Translations under genes and position numbers: made by a program | IMG/VR virus record: IMGVR_UViG_3300042146_000099 | Span: 1 to 64,000 of that record | Length of the DNA: 64,000 bases | Direction: 5' to 3' (one strand) | From: a virus | The notes under the pieces: generated by a model | What the model was told of the DNA's origin: nothing | What the model saw: the letters and a program-made list of their open reading frames with translations, nothing else | Database searches by the model: none | Part shown: piece by piece, positions 44,975 through 52,885 of the stretch | How the letters are laid out: each line of letters begins with the position of its first letter | Position numbering within the stretch: the stretch's first letter is position 1

Positions 44975-45984
44975 TGAAGGTCCACTTCTGGTCCGCCGAC
45001 ATGGCGGGTTCGGCATGGTACAGAGCCGTGATGCCCGCGATGGGCCTCTCCTGGCTCGGCCACACCGCCACCCACCACCCCCGCCTGCCCCGGAACTGGG
45101 AGTCGTACGACACGATCGTCGGCTGCCGCGTCGCCCAGACCAGCCCGTCGAAGATGTGGTGGCACCTCAAGCAGGAGGGGAAGCGGCTCGTCCTCGACCT
45201 TGACGACGACTACTTCCACATCGACCCGTCCAACGCTGCCGCGGTGCGCGTGTGGGATCGGGACATGCTCGGCCGGCTGGCCCACAACATGGGCGTCGCG
45301 GATCTCGTGACGTGCTGCTCGGAGCCTCTCGCGGCCGTGCTGCGGGACTACGCGGAGAACGTTGTGGTCATTCCGAACGGTCTGCCCGCGCAGTATCTGG
45401 GCAAGCCACGCGACTACCGGGCTGACGACCGGCCGTTGTATGTGGGGTGGGCGGGGACAGCGTCGACGGTGGCCGAACTGCCGGAGGCGGTGCGCGCCCT
45501 GAACCGGATCTCGCAGTACCCGCGCCCCGGTGGGGTGATGGTGCGGCTGGTGGGGATCGATGCGAAGCAGGCGATGGGCCTTGGGTTGAAGGGCCGTCGG
45601 ATTGGTGCGCTCGGGTGGGTGGAGCGGGTGGAGCACTATCTGCAAGCCGTTGAGGAGTTCGACGTGTGGGTGGCTCCGTATCGGGATACGGCGTTCAACC
45701 GGGCGAAGTTCCCGACGAAGTGGCTGGAGTCCAGCGTTCTCGGCATTCCGTTGATCGCGTCGGATACGGAGGCGTACCGCGCGGTGATTCGGCATGGGGA
45801 GAACGGGTTCCTTGTGCGGTACGAGCACGAGTGGGGCCGCTATCTGAAGCAGCTAGTCGACGATCCCGACCTTCGTCAGCGGGTCGGTATGACGGCGCGG
45901 GGTGAGGCGTCGGGGAGCATCATGCAGGCGTTGCATCACCGGTGGGAGGACGCCGTACGCGTACCCGTGGAGGTGAGCACGTGA
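44971..45984 (+). CDS. Glycosyltransferase, GT-B fold (GT4-like)
   Basis: WYR...P, DLDDDYF, VIPNGL, GWAGT, FNRAK..TKWLE...GIPLIASD..AY...IRHGENGFL. Confidence 0.9.
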   Translation: MMKVHFWSADMAGSAWYRAVMPAMGLSWLGHTATHHPRLPRNWESYDTIVGCRVAQTSPSKMWWHLKQEGKRLVLDLDDDYFHIDPSNAAAVRVWDRDMLGRLAHNMGVADLVTCCSEPLAAVLRDYAENVVVIPNGLPAQYLGKPRDYRADDRPLYVGWAGTASTVAELPEAVRALNRISQYPRPGGVMVRLVGIDAKQAMGLGLKGRRIGALGWVERVEHYLQAVEEFDVWVAPYRDTAFNRAKFPTKWLESSVLGIPLIASDTEAYRAVIRHGENGFLVRYEHEWGRYLKQLVDDPDLRQRVGMTARGEASGSIMQALHHRWEDAVRVPVEVST

Positions 45985-46556
45985 CCTCCCCCGACTGGAC
46001 GATGGCCGTGTCCCTGCACGCGGCTGACGGGCCGGGAATGGCCCGCTTCACCTGTGTCCCCCGTGACAGTGATCTGCTCGTGACTGGCGTAGTGGAAGCC
46101 ACCGACCACGGCATCGTCATCACATCCATGGAGTTCTCCACGCAGGCCCCTTCCGGCATCACGGCGACCACGAACCGTTCCTTCCGCCTCGGCGAGCTGC
46201 TCGCCTACCTCCGCACCGCGCGGGAACTGGACGAAACACGGCGTGCCCTCGGTCTGCACCAGAGCGCCGCCGAGCCAACCGCCGTGTCCCCTGAAACGAC
46301 CTTGCGACCCCGACGGGGTGGGCGCCCTGCCGTGGGCGACGAGACCCTCCGCGCGCTGGCGGTCGCGTACTTGGAGGAGTGCGCGCACGGCAAGCCAGCG
46401 GGATCTGTGGCGAGAGTCGCCAGTCGCTTCGGCCGTCCAGAAGAGACCATCCGCACGTGGCTCGCCCGTGCCCGGAAAGAGGGCTGGCTGACCGCTGGAG
46501 TCAGGGGCAGGCGAGGAGCCGAAGCAGGGCCGCGCCTGCGAGAGGAGAAGGCGTGA
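45981..46556 (+). CDS. DUF6214-like protein with C-terminal HTH (paralog 1)
   Basis: LRALAVAYL...VARVASRFG...TIRTWLARARKEGWL. Confidence 0.7.
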   Translation: MTSPDWTMAVSLHAADGPGMARFTCVPRDSDLLVTGVVEATDHGIVITSMEFSTQAPSGITATTNRSFRLGELLAYLRTARELDETRRALGLHQSAAEPTAVSPETTLRPRRGGRPAVGDETLRALAVAYLEECAHGKPAGSVARVASRFGRPEETIRTWLARARKEGWLTAGVRGRRGAEAGPRLREEKA

Positions 46557-46810
46557 CCGCCGAACTGCCCTGCTGCCAGGGTCTGCCAGAGCACACGTAC
46601 GGGACTGAGTGCCTGCACCACCGCGAGGAGTCGTTCGACATCAGCACCGAGGACGGGCGAAAGGCTCTCGCCCGGAAGATGGCGGACGACTGGCGGGAGA
46701 ACGGCGGGGTGCTGCCCCCTGGCGTCACCTACATCCGGCTGGAGCCCGGCGAGCACATCCTCAGCGGGGAAGACATCCGCCGTCTCCTCGAAGGTGAGGA
46801 GGACCAGTGA
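46553..46810 (+). CDS. Hypothetical protein
   Basis: GTGA overlap. Confidence 0.55.
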   Translation: MTAELPCCQGLPEHTYGTECLHHREESFDISTEDGRKALARKMADDWRENGGVLPPGVTYIRLEPGEHILSGEDIRRLLEGEEDQ

Positions 46811-47301
46811 TCCACATCCCCATCACAGACAGTGCACTGCCCGGCGTCGAAGCCACCTTCTCCTACGCCCTCCGAGGGGACACCCTCGCTCTGATCGAAG
46901 TACGCATAGCGGCAGCAGGCACCGTATCCGTGCCCGCCATTCAGGAAATGCCGCTCAGCCGCTGGGAAAAGCGGGCTTGGGGTACTGCGATGAGGCGGCT
47001 CCTAGCAGCTGAGGAGACACCGGAGCGCCGCGTTCTCGCACGGCATCCGCAACTGGCGAACGTCACGCACGGCAACGCCCTCCGGCGCTGGAAGTCCCTG
47101 GTGCACCTCGCCAGCGTTGCAGCCGAGTACGCAGATGCGATGGAAGCGGGCGCCAGCAACCCAGCCCAGACCGTTGGGCACCGGCACAACGTTTCAGCGG
47201 CCACCGTACGTGGCTGGCTGCACCGTGCACGCAGGGAGGGTCTCGCGCCAACAAGCACACACCCCAACGCGGTGGGCAGCAGGAAGGACGGCAACGCGTG
47301 A
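46807..47301 (+). CDS. DUF6214-like protein with C-terminal HTH (paralog 2)
   Basis: LASVAAEY...PAQTVG...VSAATVRGWLHRARREGL. Confidence 0.7.
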   Translation: MIHIPITDSALPGVEATFSYALRGDTLALIEVRIAAAGTVSVPAIQEMPLSRWEKRAWGTAMRRLLAAEETPERRVLARHPQLANVTHGNALRRWKSLVHLASVAAEYADAMEAGASNPAQTVGHRHNVSAATVRGWLHRARREGLAPTSTHPNAVGSRKDGNA

Positions 47302-47507
47302 CGGGCCCGGAGCATTACCGCGAAGGCGAGGAGCGGCTACGCGCCAGCGACTACCAGCGCGCGCAAGCAGGCGACGAAGGCGACCTCACCACCGCCATCC
47401 ACGAAGCCGCCATGGCCCAAGCCCACTTCACAGCCGCGCTCGTCGCGCTCCTCGCCTACGACCGGCAACCCGACAGCGTCGCCTGGCAGAAGGCGGTCGG
47501 CTGGTGA
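47298..47507 (+). CDS. Conserved small actinophage protein
   Basis: MTGPEHYREGE.RL...AQAHFTAAL. Confidence 0.7.
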   Translation: MTGPEHYREGEERLRASDYQRAQAGDEGDLTTAIHEAAMAQAHFTAALVALLAYDRQPDSVAWQKAVGW

Positions 47508-47815
47508 GTAACAAGATGACCTGCCTGGGTTGCCAGTCGCATACGTCAGCGGTCCTCACCGCCTACGAAGACGGCGAGCCGTGCCCCTACTGCAAGCTGT
47601 CCGCCGCCGCGACCTTGGAGATCCAGACCATCCGCAGGGCGCGCGCCGACGATGAACTGAAGGCGAAGCTGGAGCAGGCGATCAAGGAGCGCGACGAGGC
47701 GCAGCGGGAACGCGACTGGGCGAAGCAGCGTCTCGCCCACGTCGAGAGCGAACTCACCGACCTTGTGGAACGGATCCGTCGACCGCTCAGCGATGAACCG
47801 GGGAGCGTCTGGTGA
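47504..47815 (+). CDS. Zn ribbon plus coiled-coil protein
   Basis: CLGC...CPYC then heptads. Confidence 0.6.
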   Translation: MSNKMTCLGCQSHTSAVLTAYEDGEPCPYCKLSAAATLEIQTIRRARADDELKAKLEQAIKERDEAQRERDWAKQRLAHVESELTDLVERIRRPLSDEPGSVW

Positions 47816-48681
47816 ACATTCTCGTCACTGGTGCGGCCGGATTCATCGGCAGCCACCTCGTCCGCGCCCTGGAAGCGCGCGGGCACACGATCACCGGCAT
47901 GGACAAGCGGAACGGACTGCCCACCACGGACCTTTCCCAGCTCCGGCGCACCGTGGACACCGCCGAGCCCGACGTGATCGCGCACCTCGGCGCCTCCTGC
48001 TCCACCTCGGTGAGCCTCGCCGATCCGGCCAGTGACTTCACGGACAACGTGGTGGGCACCTTCAACATCGCGGAAGGCGCACACCGGGCGGGCAACATCC
48101 CCGTCGTCTACACCAGCAGCGTCAAGGTCCACCCCGGCGCTGATGGGCTCACCGCCCCCCTCGGCCTGTCCAAAGCCGTCGGCGAGGACTACCTCCGCCT
48201 CTACCGCGAGCTGTACGGGCTGCCGTCCGTCATCCTCCGGCCCTCCACCGTCTACGGGCCCGGCCAGAACGGCAGCGCCGAAGCAGGCTGGGTGACGTGG
48301 TTCCTGCGCGCCTTCTGCGACCGCAAGCCCATCACCATCCACGGCGACGGCAGCCAGTCCCGGGACATCCTCTACATCGACGACTTCACGAGTCTCCTTG
48401 TCGACATAGTCGAGCACCACGCCGACTACGCGACCGCGACCGAGCCGTACGACGTCGGCGGCGGCCCCGACAACGAACTCGAACTCCTGCAACTCGTGAA
48501 CGCCCTCGAAATCGAGACCGGCACCCGGCACCCCGTCACCCACGACAAGCGCCTCCCCGGCGACCTCCAGCGCGTCGTCACCGACAACGCGGCCATCACC
48601 GCCGTACGCGGCTGGACACCCACCACCCACTGGTTCGACGGCATCCGGGAGACGCTCAACTGGATCGGAGAACAGTGGTGA
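47812..48681 (+). CDS. NAD-dependent NDP-sugar epimerase/dehydratase-like protein 2 (catalytic Tyr replaced by Leu)
   Basis: VTGAAGFIGS, YTSS, PLGLSK at the YxxxK position, RPSTVYGPGQ, GDGSQSRD. Confidence 0.88.
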   Translation: MNILVTGAAGFIGSHLVRALEARGHTITGMDKRNGLPTTDLSQLRRTVDTAEPDVIAHLGASCSTSVSLADPASDFTDNVVGTFNIAEGAHRAGNIPVVYTSSVKVHPGADGLTAPLGLSKAVGEDYLRLYRELYGLPSVILRPSTVYGPGQNGSAEAGWVTWFLRAFCDRKPITIHGDGSQSRDILYIDDFTSLLVDIVEHHADYATATEPYDVGGGPDNELELLQLVNALEIETGTRHPVTHDKRLPGDLQRVVTDNAAITAVRGWTPTTHWFDGIRETLNWIGEQW

Positions 48682-49436
48682 AAGTCGGCGTCATCATCCC
48701 CGCCCGCAACGCAGGCGAGTGGATCGAGGAGATGCTCATCTCGATCCAATCCCAGACACATTCCGCGCGGGCATACATCGCCGAAGACTGCGGCAGCGAT
48801 GGCACCTACGCATGGCTACGTCGGCGCCCTGACCTGTGGGCGGGACTGCGGCGGAACCGGAAACGGCTCGGCTGGGCCGGCAGTCTCAACGCCGCCGCGA
48901 AGCTTGCGCTCAACGATGGCTGTGACGCCGTGTTCACCGCGTCCGCCGACGACAAGCTGCATCCCGAGTGCATCGCCCGCTGCGTGTCCGCCCTCAACGC
49001 CGACGGCGGCCGAGACTTCGTCATCCCGCACGCGAAGCAGTTCGGTGAAGCCGACCACGTCCAAGCCAGCCTCCCGGACGCCGACCTCGACGACCTTGTG
49101 CGCTGGCCGCCGCTGATCGACAAGGGCCTGTTCCGGCGTGAGACGTGGGAGCGAGTGGGCGGCTACAGCGCGAAGGCGACGCCGTCGGGCACGTACGGGA
49201 CGGCGGAGGACTGGGACTTCTGGATCCGCGTCTGGAAGGCCGGGCTCACCCGCTACGCGGTCGTCGAGCAGCCGCTGTATCTCGTGCGCGTCCATCCCGG
49301 CCAACTGTCCGACACTCGCGGCGAGTATCACGCGGCGACCGTGGATCTGCTTCGGCGGCTGCATCCGGATCTGCCGTGGCCGGACGACGCGCACGTCTGG
49401 CCACCACGACACCGCACCACAAGGAGGACGCCTTGA
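48678..49436 (+). CDS. Glycosyltransferase family 2
   Basis: VIIPARNA, EDCGSDGT, SADD, VGGY...EDWDFWIR. Confidence 0.92.
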   Translation: MKVGVIIPARNAGEWIEEMLISIQSQTHSARAYIAEDCGSDGTYAWLRRRPDLWAGLRRNRKRLGWAGSLNAAAKLALNDGCDAVFTASADDKLHPECIARCVSALNADGGRDFVIPHAKQFGEADHVQASLPDADLDDLVRWPPLIDKGLFRRETWERVGGYSAKATPSGTYGTAEDWDFWIRVWKAGLTRYAVVEQPLYLVRVHPGQLSDTRGEYHAATVDLLRRLHPDLPWPDDAHVWPPRHRTTRRTP

Positions 49437-49666
49437 GCGTCAACATGCACGCCATCCTCGTCGGCCTCCTGTCCGTCAGCCACACGCGCGAACAGGCTGA
49501 CCACGCGGCGCGAACGGTCCTGGACCAGCACGCTCACGAACTCGCCAAGCAGATCCGCGCGGCATCCATCAGCTGGGGGCGGGTCCCGGACATGGACGCC
49601 GACGACGCTGCCGACCTCATCGACCCGAAGGCGCAGCGCGCCAGCACCGAAGGAGACACCCCGTGA
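49433..49666 (+). CDS. Small phage protein
   Basis: AAGGAGG RBS; HAHELAKQIR...AADLIDP. Confidence 0.6.
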   Translation: MSVNMHAILVGLLSVSHTREQADHAARTVLDQHAHELAKQIRAASISWGRVPDMDADDAADLIDPKAQRASTEGDTP

Positions 49667-50562
49667 TCGACGGCCACAAGGTGATCGCCTGGACGCCTTA
49701 CGGACGGGTCAGGACGTACAGCATCCTGATCAAGTACCTCCAGCGAGACGTCGAACGCGGCCTCGTCGACGAGGTCTGGGCCTATATGAACACCGACCCC
49801 GTCGGCCAGGAAGACGACATCGCCTACGCCCACCAGCTGGCCGAACAGCACGACTGGTTCCACCTCAAGCACCGCCCCGAAGGTATCGACCTCGGCAACC
49901 TCCCCAAGCAGCGGTACACCGGCCTCGCCTACCGGGAGATGGTCGACCCGCACGCGGTCTATCTGAGATTCGACGACGATGTGGTGTACATCCACGAGGC
50001 GGCCATCGAGAACCTCGTCCGCGCCCGCCTTCAGATGCCCGCGCCCACCGCGGTGTTCCCCGTCATCTTCAACAACGCGCTGTGCTCTTACTTCCTCCAG
50101 ATCTGCCGCAAGGTCCCGATGGAGTGGGGCGAGGTCAAGCCCTACTGCATGGACCCAATCGGCTGGGCATCCGGGCCGTTCGCGGTGAAGCTCCACAGCC
50201 TCCTCCTCGACCACATCGAGGCTGGCACGGTCGAGGATCTGTACCTGTACCAGGACTTCCCGATCCAGAACCCCAACGACGGCAGCAACGGCATGCAGTT
50301 CTCCGTGTCCTGCTTTGCCAGCCTCGGCAGCATGTACGCCAACCTCCCCGACGGTCCCGGTGTCCTCGTCCCCGACGAGGAGGAGAGCTGGACCACCGTC
50401 CACCGCCCCCTCGCCATCGGCGTGCCCAACATCCTCCGCGGGGACGCGATCGTCAGCCATTACTCGTTCTTCACCCAGGGGCCGTTCCTTAATGCGGCCA
50501 GAATTCTGGACCGGTACCGGGAAGTCGCTGAGAAGCTGACACTGCCCGAGGCGTCGTCGTGA
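49663..50562 (+). CDS. Putative GT-A-fold glycosyltransferase of uncertain family
   Basis: TPYGR, YLRFDDDVVYI (DxD), DEE and HYSFFTQ motifs; operon context. Confidence 0.65.
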   Translation: MIDGHKVIAWTPYGRVRTYSILIKYLQRDVERGLVDEVWAYMNTDPVGQEDDIAYAHQLAEQHDWFHLKHRPEGIDLGNLPKQRYTGLAYREMVDPHAVYLRFDDDVVYIHEAAIENLVRARLQMPAPTAVFPVIFNNALCSYFLQICRKVPMEWGEVKPYCMDPIGWASGPFAVKLHSLLLDHIEAGTVEDLYLYQDFPIQNPNDGSNGMQFSVSCFASLGSMYANLPDGPGVLVPDEEESWTTVHRPLAIGVPNILRGDAIVSHYSFFTQGPFLNAARILDRYREVAEKLTLPEASS

Positions 50563-51077
50563 ACACAGACGAGCGGTGGGCCTCGGTGGTTGGGGCTGAG
50601 GGGCGGTACGAGGTCAGCGACCGTGGTCGTGTCCGCAGTCTCCTCGGACGCTCCCCCCGGCTCCTGACGTTGAAGCCCAACTCCAACGGCTATATGACCG
50701 TGAACATCTACAGCGGCAGCCAGCCGAGGCGGCGCCGGTCCGTCCATCAACTGGTCGCGGAAGCGTTCATAGGCCCGCATCCGCCAGACACCGACGTACG
50801 CCATCTGAACGGTGTGAAGACGGACTGCCGTGCCACCAATCTTGCCTACGGCAGCCGCTCGCAGAACATGCTGGACCTGGTCGAGCATGGCGGCTGCGTG
50901 AACGCGAACAAGACCCACTGCGGCGTCTGCGGTACACCGTACGACGCTGCCAACACCTACAGGCGCCCGGATGGCGGGCGCGAGTGCCGCCGGTGCGCCC
51001 GGAGGCGTAGAGCGGAACACGAAGCGCGAACTGGACCCCGTAAGAGGGTTCGCAGGAAGAAGGCGGTCACCGCATGA
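50559..51077 (+). CDS. NUMOD4-HNH homing endonuclease
   Basis: YEVSDRGRVRS, VHQLVAEAFIG, VRHLNG...NL.YG...QN, KTHC...NTY...RECRRC. Confidence 0.92.
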   Translation: MNTDERWASVVGAEGRYEVSDRGRVRSLLGRSPRLLTLKPNSNGYMTVNIYSGSQPRRRRSVHQLVAEAFIGPHPPDTDVRHLNGVKTDCRATNLAYGSRSQNMLDLVEHGGCVNANKTHCGVCGTPYDAANTYRRPDGGRECRRCARRRRAEHEARTGPRKRVRRKKAVTA

Positions 51078-51346
51078 ACCAGCCGCAGCAGCCGGGTACG
51101 CAGGTCAGTGTCGAGGACGTGTTCCCCGTCTACCGGAAACGCGTCAGCGACCTCCAGGACGAGACCCTCATCCTCCGCGCGAAGGTCGACGTGCTGGAGA
51201 AGCAGCTTGCCGCAGCGCAGGCGGAGAACGAGCGCCTGAAGCAGGCCGCCAGCACCCCCGCCGGCCCGGACCAAGCCACGCCGACAAACGTGGCGGCCAG
51301 CACGGTTAAGGACGCCGCCAGCCCAGGAGCGACCCGATCGCGATGA
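51074..51346 (+). CDS. Coiled-coil hypothetical protein
   Basis: ATGA overlap; heptads. Confidence 0.6.
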   Translation: MNQPQQPGTQVSVEDVFPVYRKRVSDLQDETLILRAKVDVLEKQLAAAQAENERLKQAASTPAGPDQATPTNVAASTVKDAASPGATRSR

Positions 51347-51395
51347 CTCCCACCTCGATCAGCAGGATCACTTCGAATGTGGACACAGCGGCCTC

Positions 51396-51587
51396 CTAGA
51401 TAGCTGTGGACACGATGTCGACACGGCGGGACTGGACGTTGCTCGCGCCGGGGATCTCGGCGAGGAACCCGCGGATGTGTGCGGCGAGCGCCGTCTCGTC
51501 GACTTCGCCGCCGTCGGAGACGGTGAGGGTGATGCTGGGGTTGGTGTTCGGGGTGGTCGCGGTGACCACGATGTTCGGATAGTCCAC
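51396..51587 (-). CDS. Small protein downstream of the tail fibre
   Basis: AAGGAG RBS. Confidence 0.6.
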   Translation of the reverse strand: MDYPNIVVTATTPNTNPSITLTVSDGGEVDETALAAHIRGFLAEIPGASNVQSRRVDIVSTAI

Positions 51588-51597
51588 GAGGTTCTCC

Positions 51598-52671
51598 TTA
51601 TGCGACGCGTTCGAGGGTCATGAATGATCCGGCTTGGACGGTGGTGGCGTTGGCGTCGGACGAGTTCTGCGCCCACTGGAGTTGGAGGTTTCCGGCGGTG
51701 CTGGAAACGATGAGGAGTCCGGTGAGTTCGATGCCGATGACGCTGGTGGTCAGGCCGTAGGAGGCCACGGTTGAGCCGCTGGTGGCGGTGTTGCGGGCGA
51801 TGTATTCGCCGTCACCGAACGCGCCGGACGCGAGGAGGGTGTGCGGGCCCTTGCCGGAGAAGTGGCAGACCGCGCCGGTGGGGAAGGTGAACGCGAATTT
51901 GATGTCTCCGTTGGCGTCGGTGGCGTCGGTGGCCATGATCCATACTCGGAAGACGTAGGTGCAGTTCGCGGCGACGGCGAGGAGTAGTTCGTTGTCGTTT
52001 TGCAGGGTGGTGCTGCTGGTGACGGATTCGTCTGCGGTCTTGCGGACGTAGGACCGGGCGCCGATGCCGGTGACCGACATGTTGCCGCTCACGGACATGT
52101 TGCCGGTGACGGCGAGGGTGCCGCCGACTGTGAGGTTGCTGGTGGTGGTGAGGGAGCCGGTGATGGTGAGAGCAGCGGTGCCGCTGCGGGTGAGGGTGGT
52201 GTCGGGGGTGGTTCCGCCGCCGGGGCCCCAACTCATGGCGCCGTCGGTGTCGAGGAGGTATCGGCTGGCGGTGTCGCCTGTGACGCGGAGGCTGAGTGCG
52301 TCGGTGCCGGTGGTGGCGTTGACGATGGCGATGCTGGCTACGCTGGCGGATGAGCCGATGTTGAGTTGTTTGCCGCTGGTGAGGTCGAGGTCGGCGTTGA
52401 ACGTTGAGCTGCTGTTGGGGATCTGCACCCACGAGGCGCTGGCGGGGCTGGTGCCGTTGGAGAAATAGGTGCGGTACGCGGTGTCGGACTCGGCGATGCC
52501 TTTGCCGCTGTAGGGGCTGCTGGGTCGGGTGCTGGAGGTGACGACTTGGAAGCCTGCTGCCGCGTCGACCTTGTCCCAGTTCTGGCCGATATCTTGCGAG
52601 TAGTTGACCAGCTCGGAGCCGTCGGAGAGGGATTTGTACAGGCCGAGTCGTGTGGTGGGAGTGTCAGGCAC
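51598..52671 (-). CDS. Tail fibre/receptor-binding protein (fibre A)
   Basis: TTRLGLYK...NWDKVD N-terminus; beta-repeat xTGNxxV; C-terminal LQWAQ domain. Confidence 0.8.
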   Translation of the reverse strand: MPDTPTTRLGLYKSLSDGSELVNYSQDIGQNWDKVDAAAGFQVVTSSTRPSSPYSGKGIAESDTAYRTYFSNGTSPASASWVQIPNSSSTFNADLDLTSGKQLNIGSSASVASIAIVNATTGTDALSLRVTGDTASRYLLDTDGAMSWGPGGGTTPDTTLTRSGTAALTITGSLTTTSNLTVGGTLAVTGNMSVSGNMSVTGIGARSYVRKTADESVTSSTTLQNDNELLLAVAANCTYVFRVWIMATDATDANGDIKFAFTFPTGAVCHFSGKGPHTLLASGAFGDGEYIARNTATSGSTVASYGLTTSVIGIELTGLLIVSSTAGNLQLQWAQNSSDANATTVQAGSFMTLERVA

Positions 52672-52885
52672 CGGCCGTCTCCTCTGCGATCACGGCGATG
52701 TCGTCGTTGGGGGTGTTGCAGCGGGCGCACCATCCCCGGTACACGCCGTCGACGTTCTCCGGGATGGACACGCGGTAAGTGACGTCTTCGACCGGGCAGC
52801 CAGCGGTTCGGCAGGTGATGTCGGCGGTGACGGTGGGCCAATTCTCAAGGTCCCACTCGCCGTTCTCGTCGGGCTGTACGGTCAT
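52664..52885 (-). CDS. Small Cys-containing tail-associated protein
   Basis: TCRTAGCP...CARC; TGATG overlap. Confidence 0.65.
   Translation of the reverse strand: MTVQPDENGEWDLENWPTVTADITCRTAGCPVEDVTYRVSIPENVDGVYRGWCARCNTPNDDIAVIAEETAGA

Noticed and set aside
42063-51395. Glycosylation cassette as an invertible (shufflon-like) segment
   Set aside because: No invertase gene and no inverted repeats found at its two ends.
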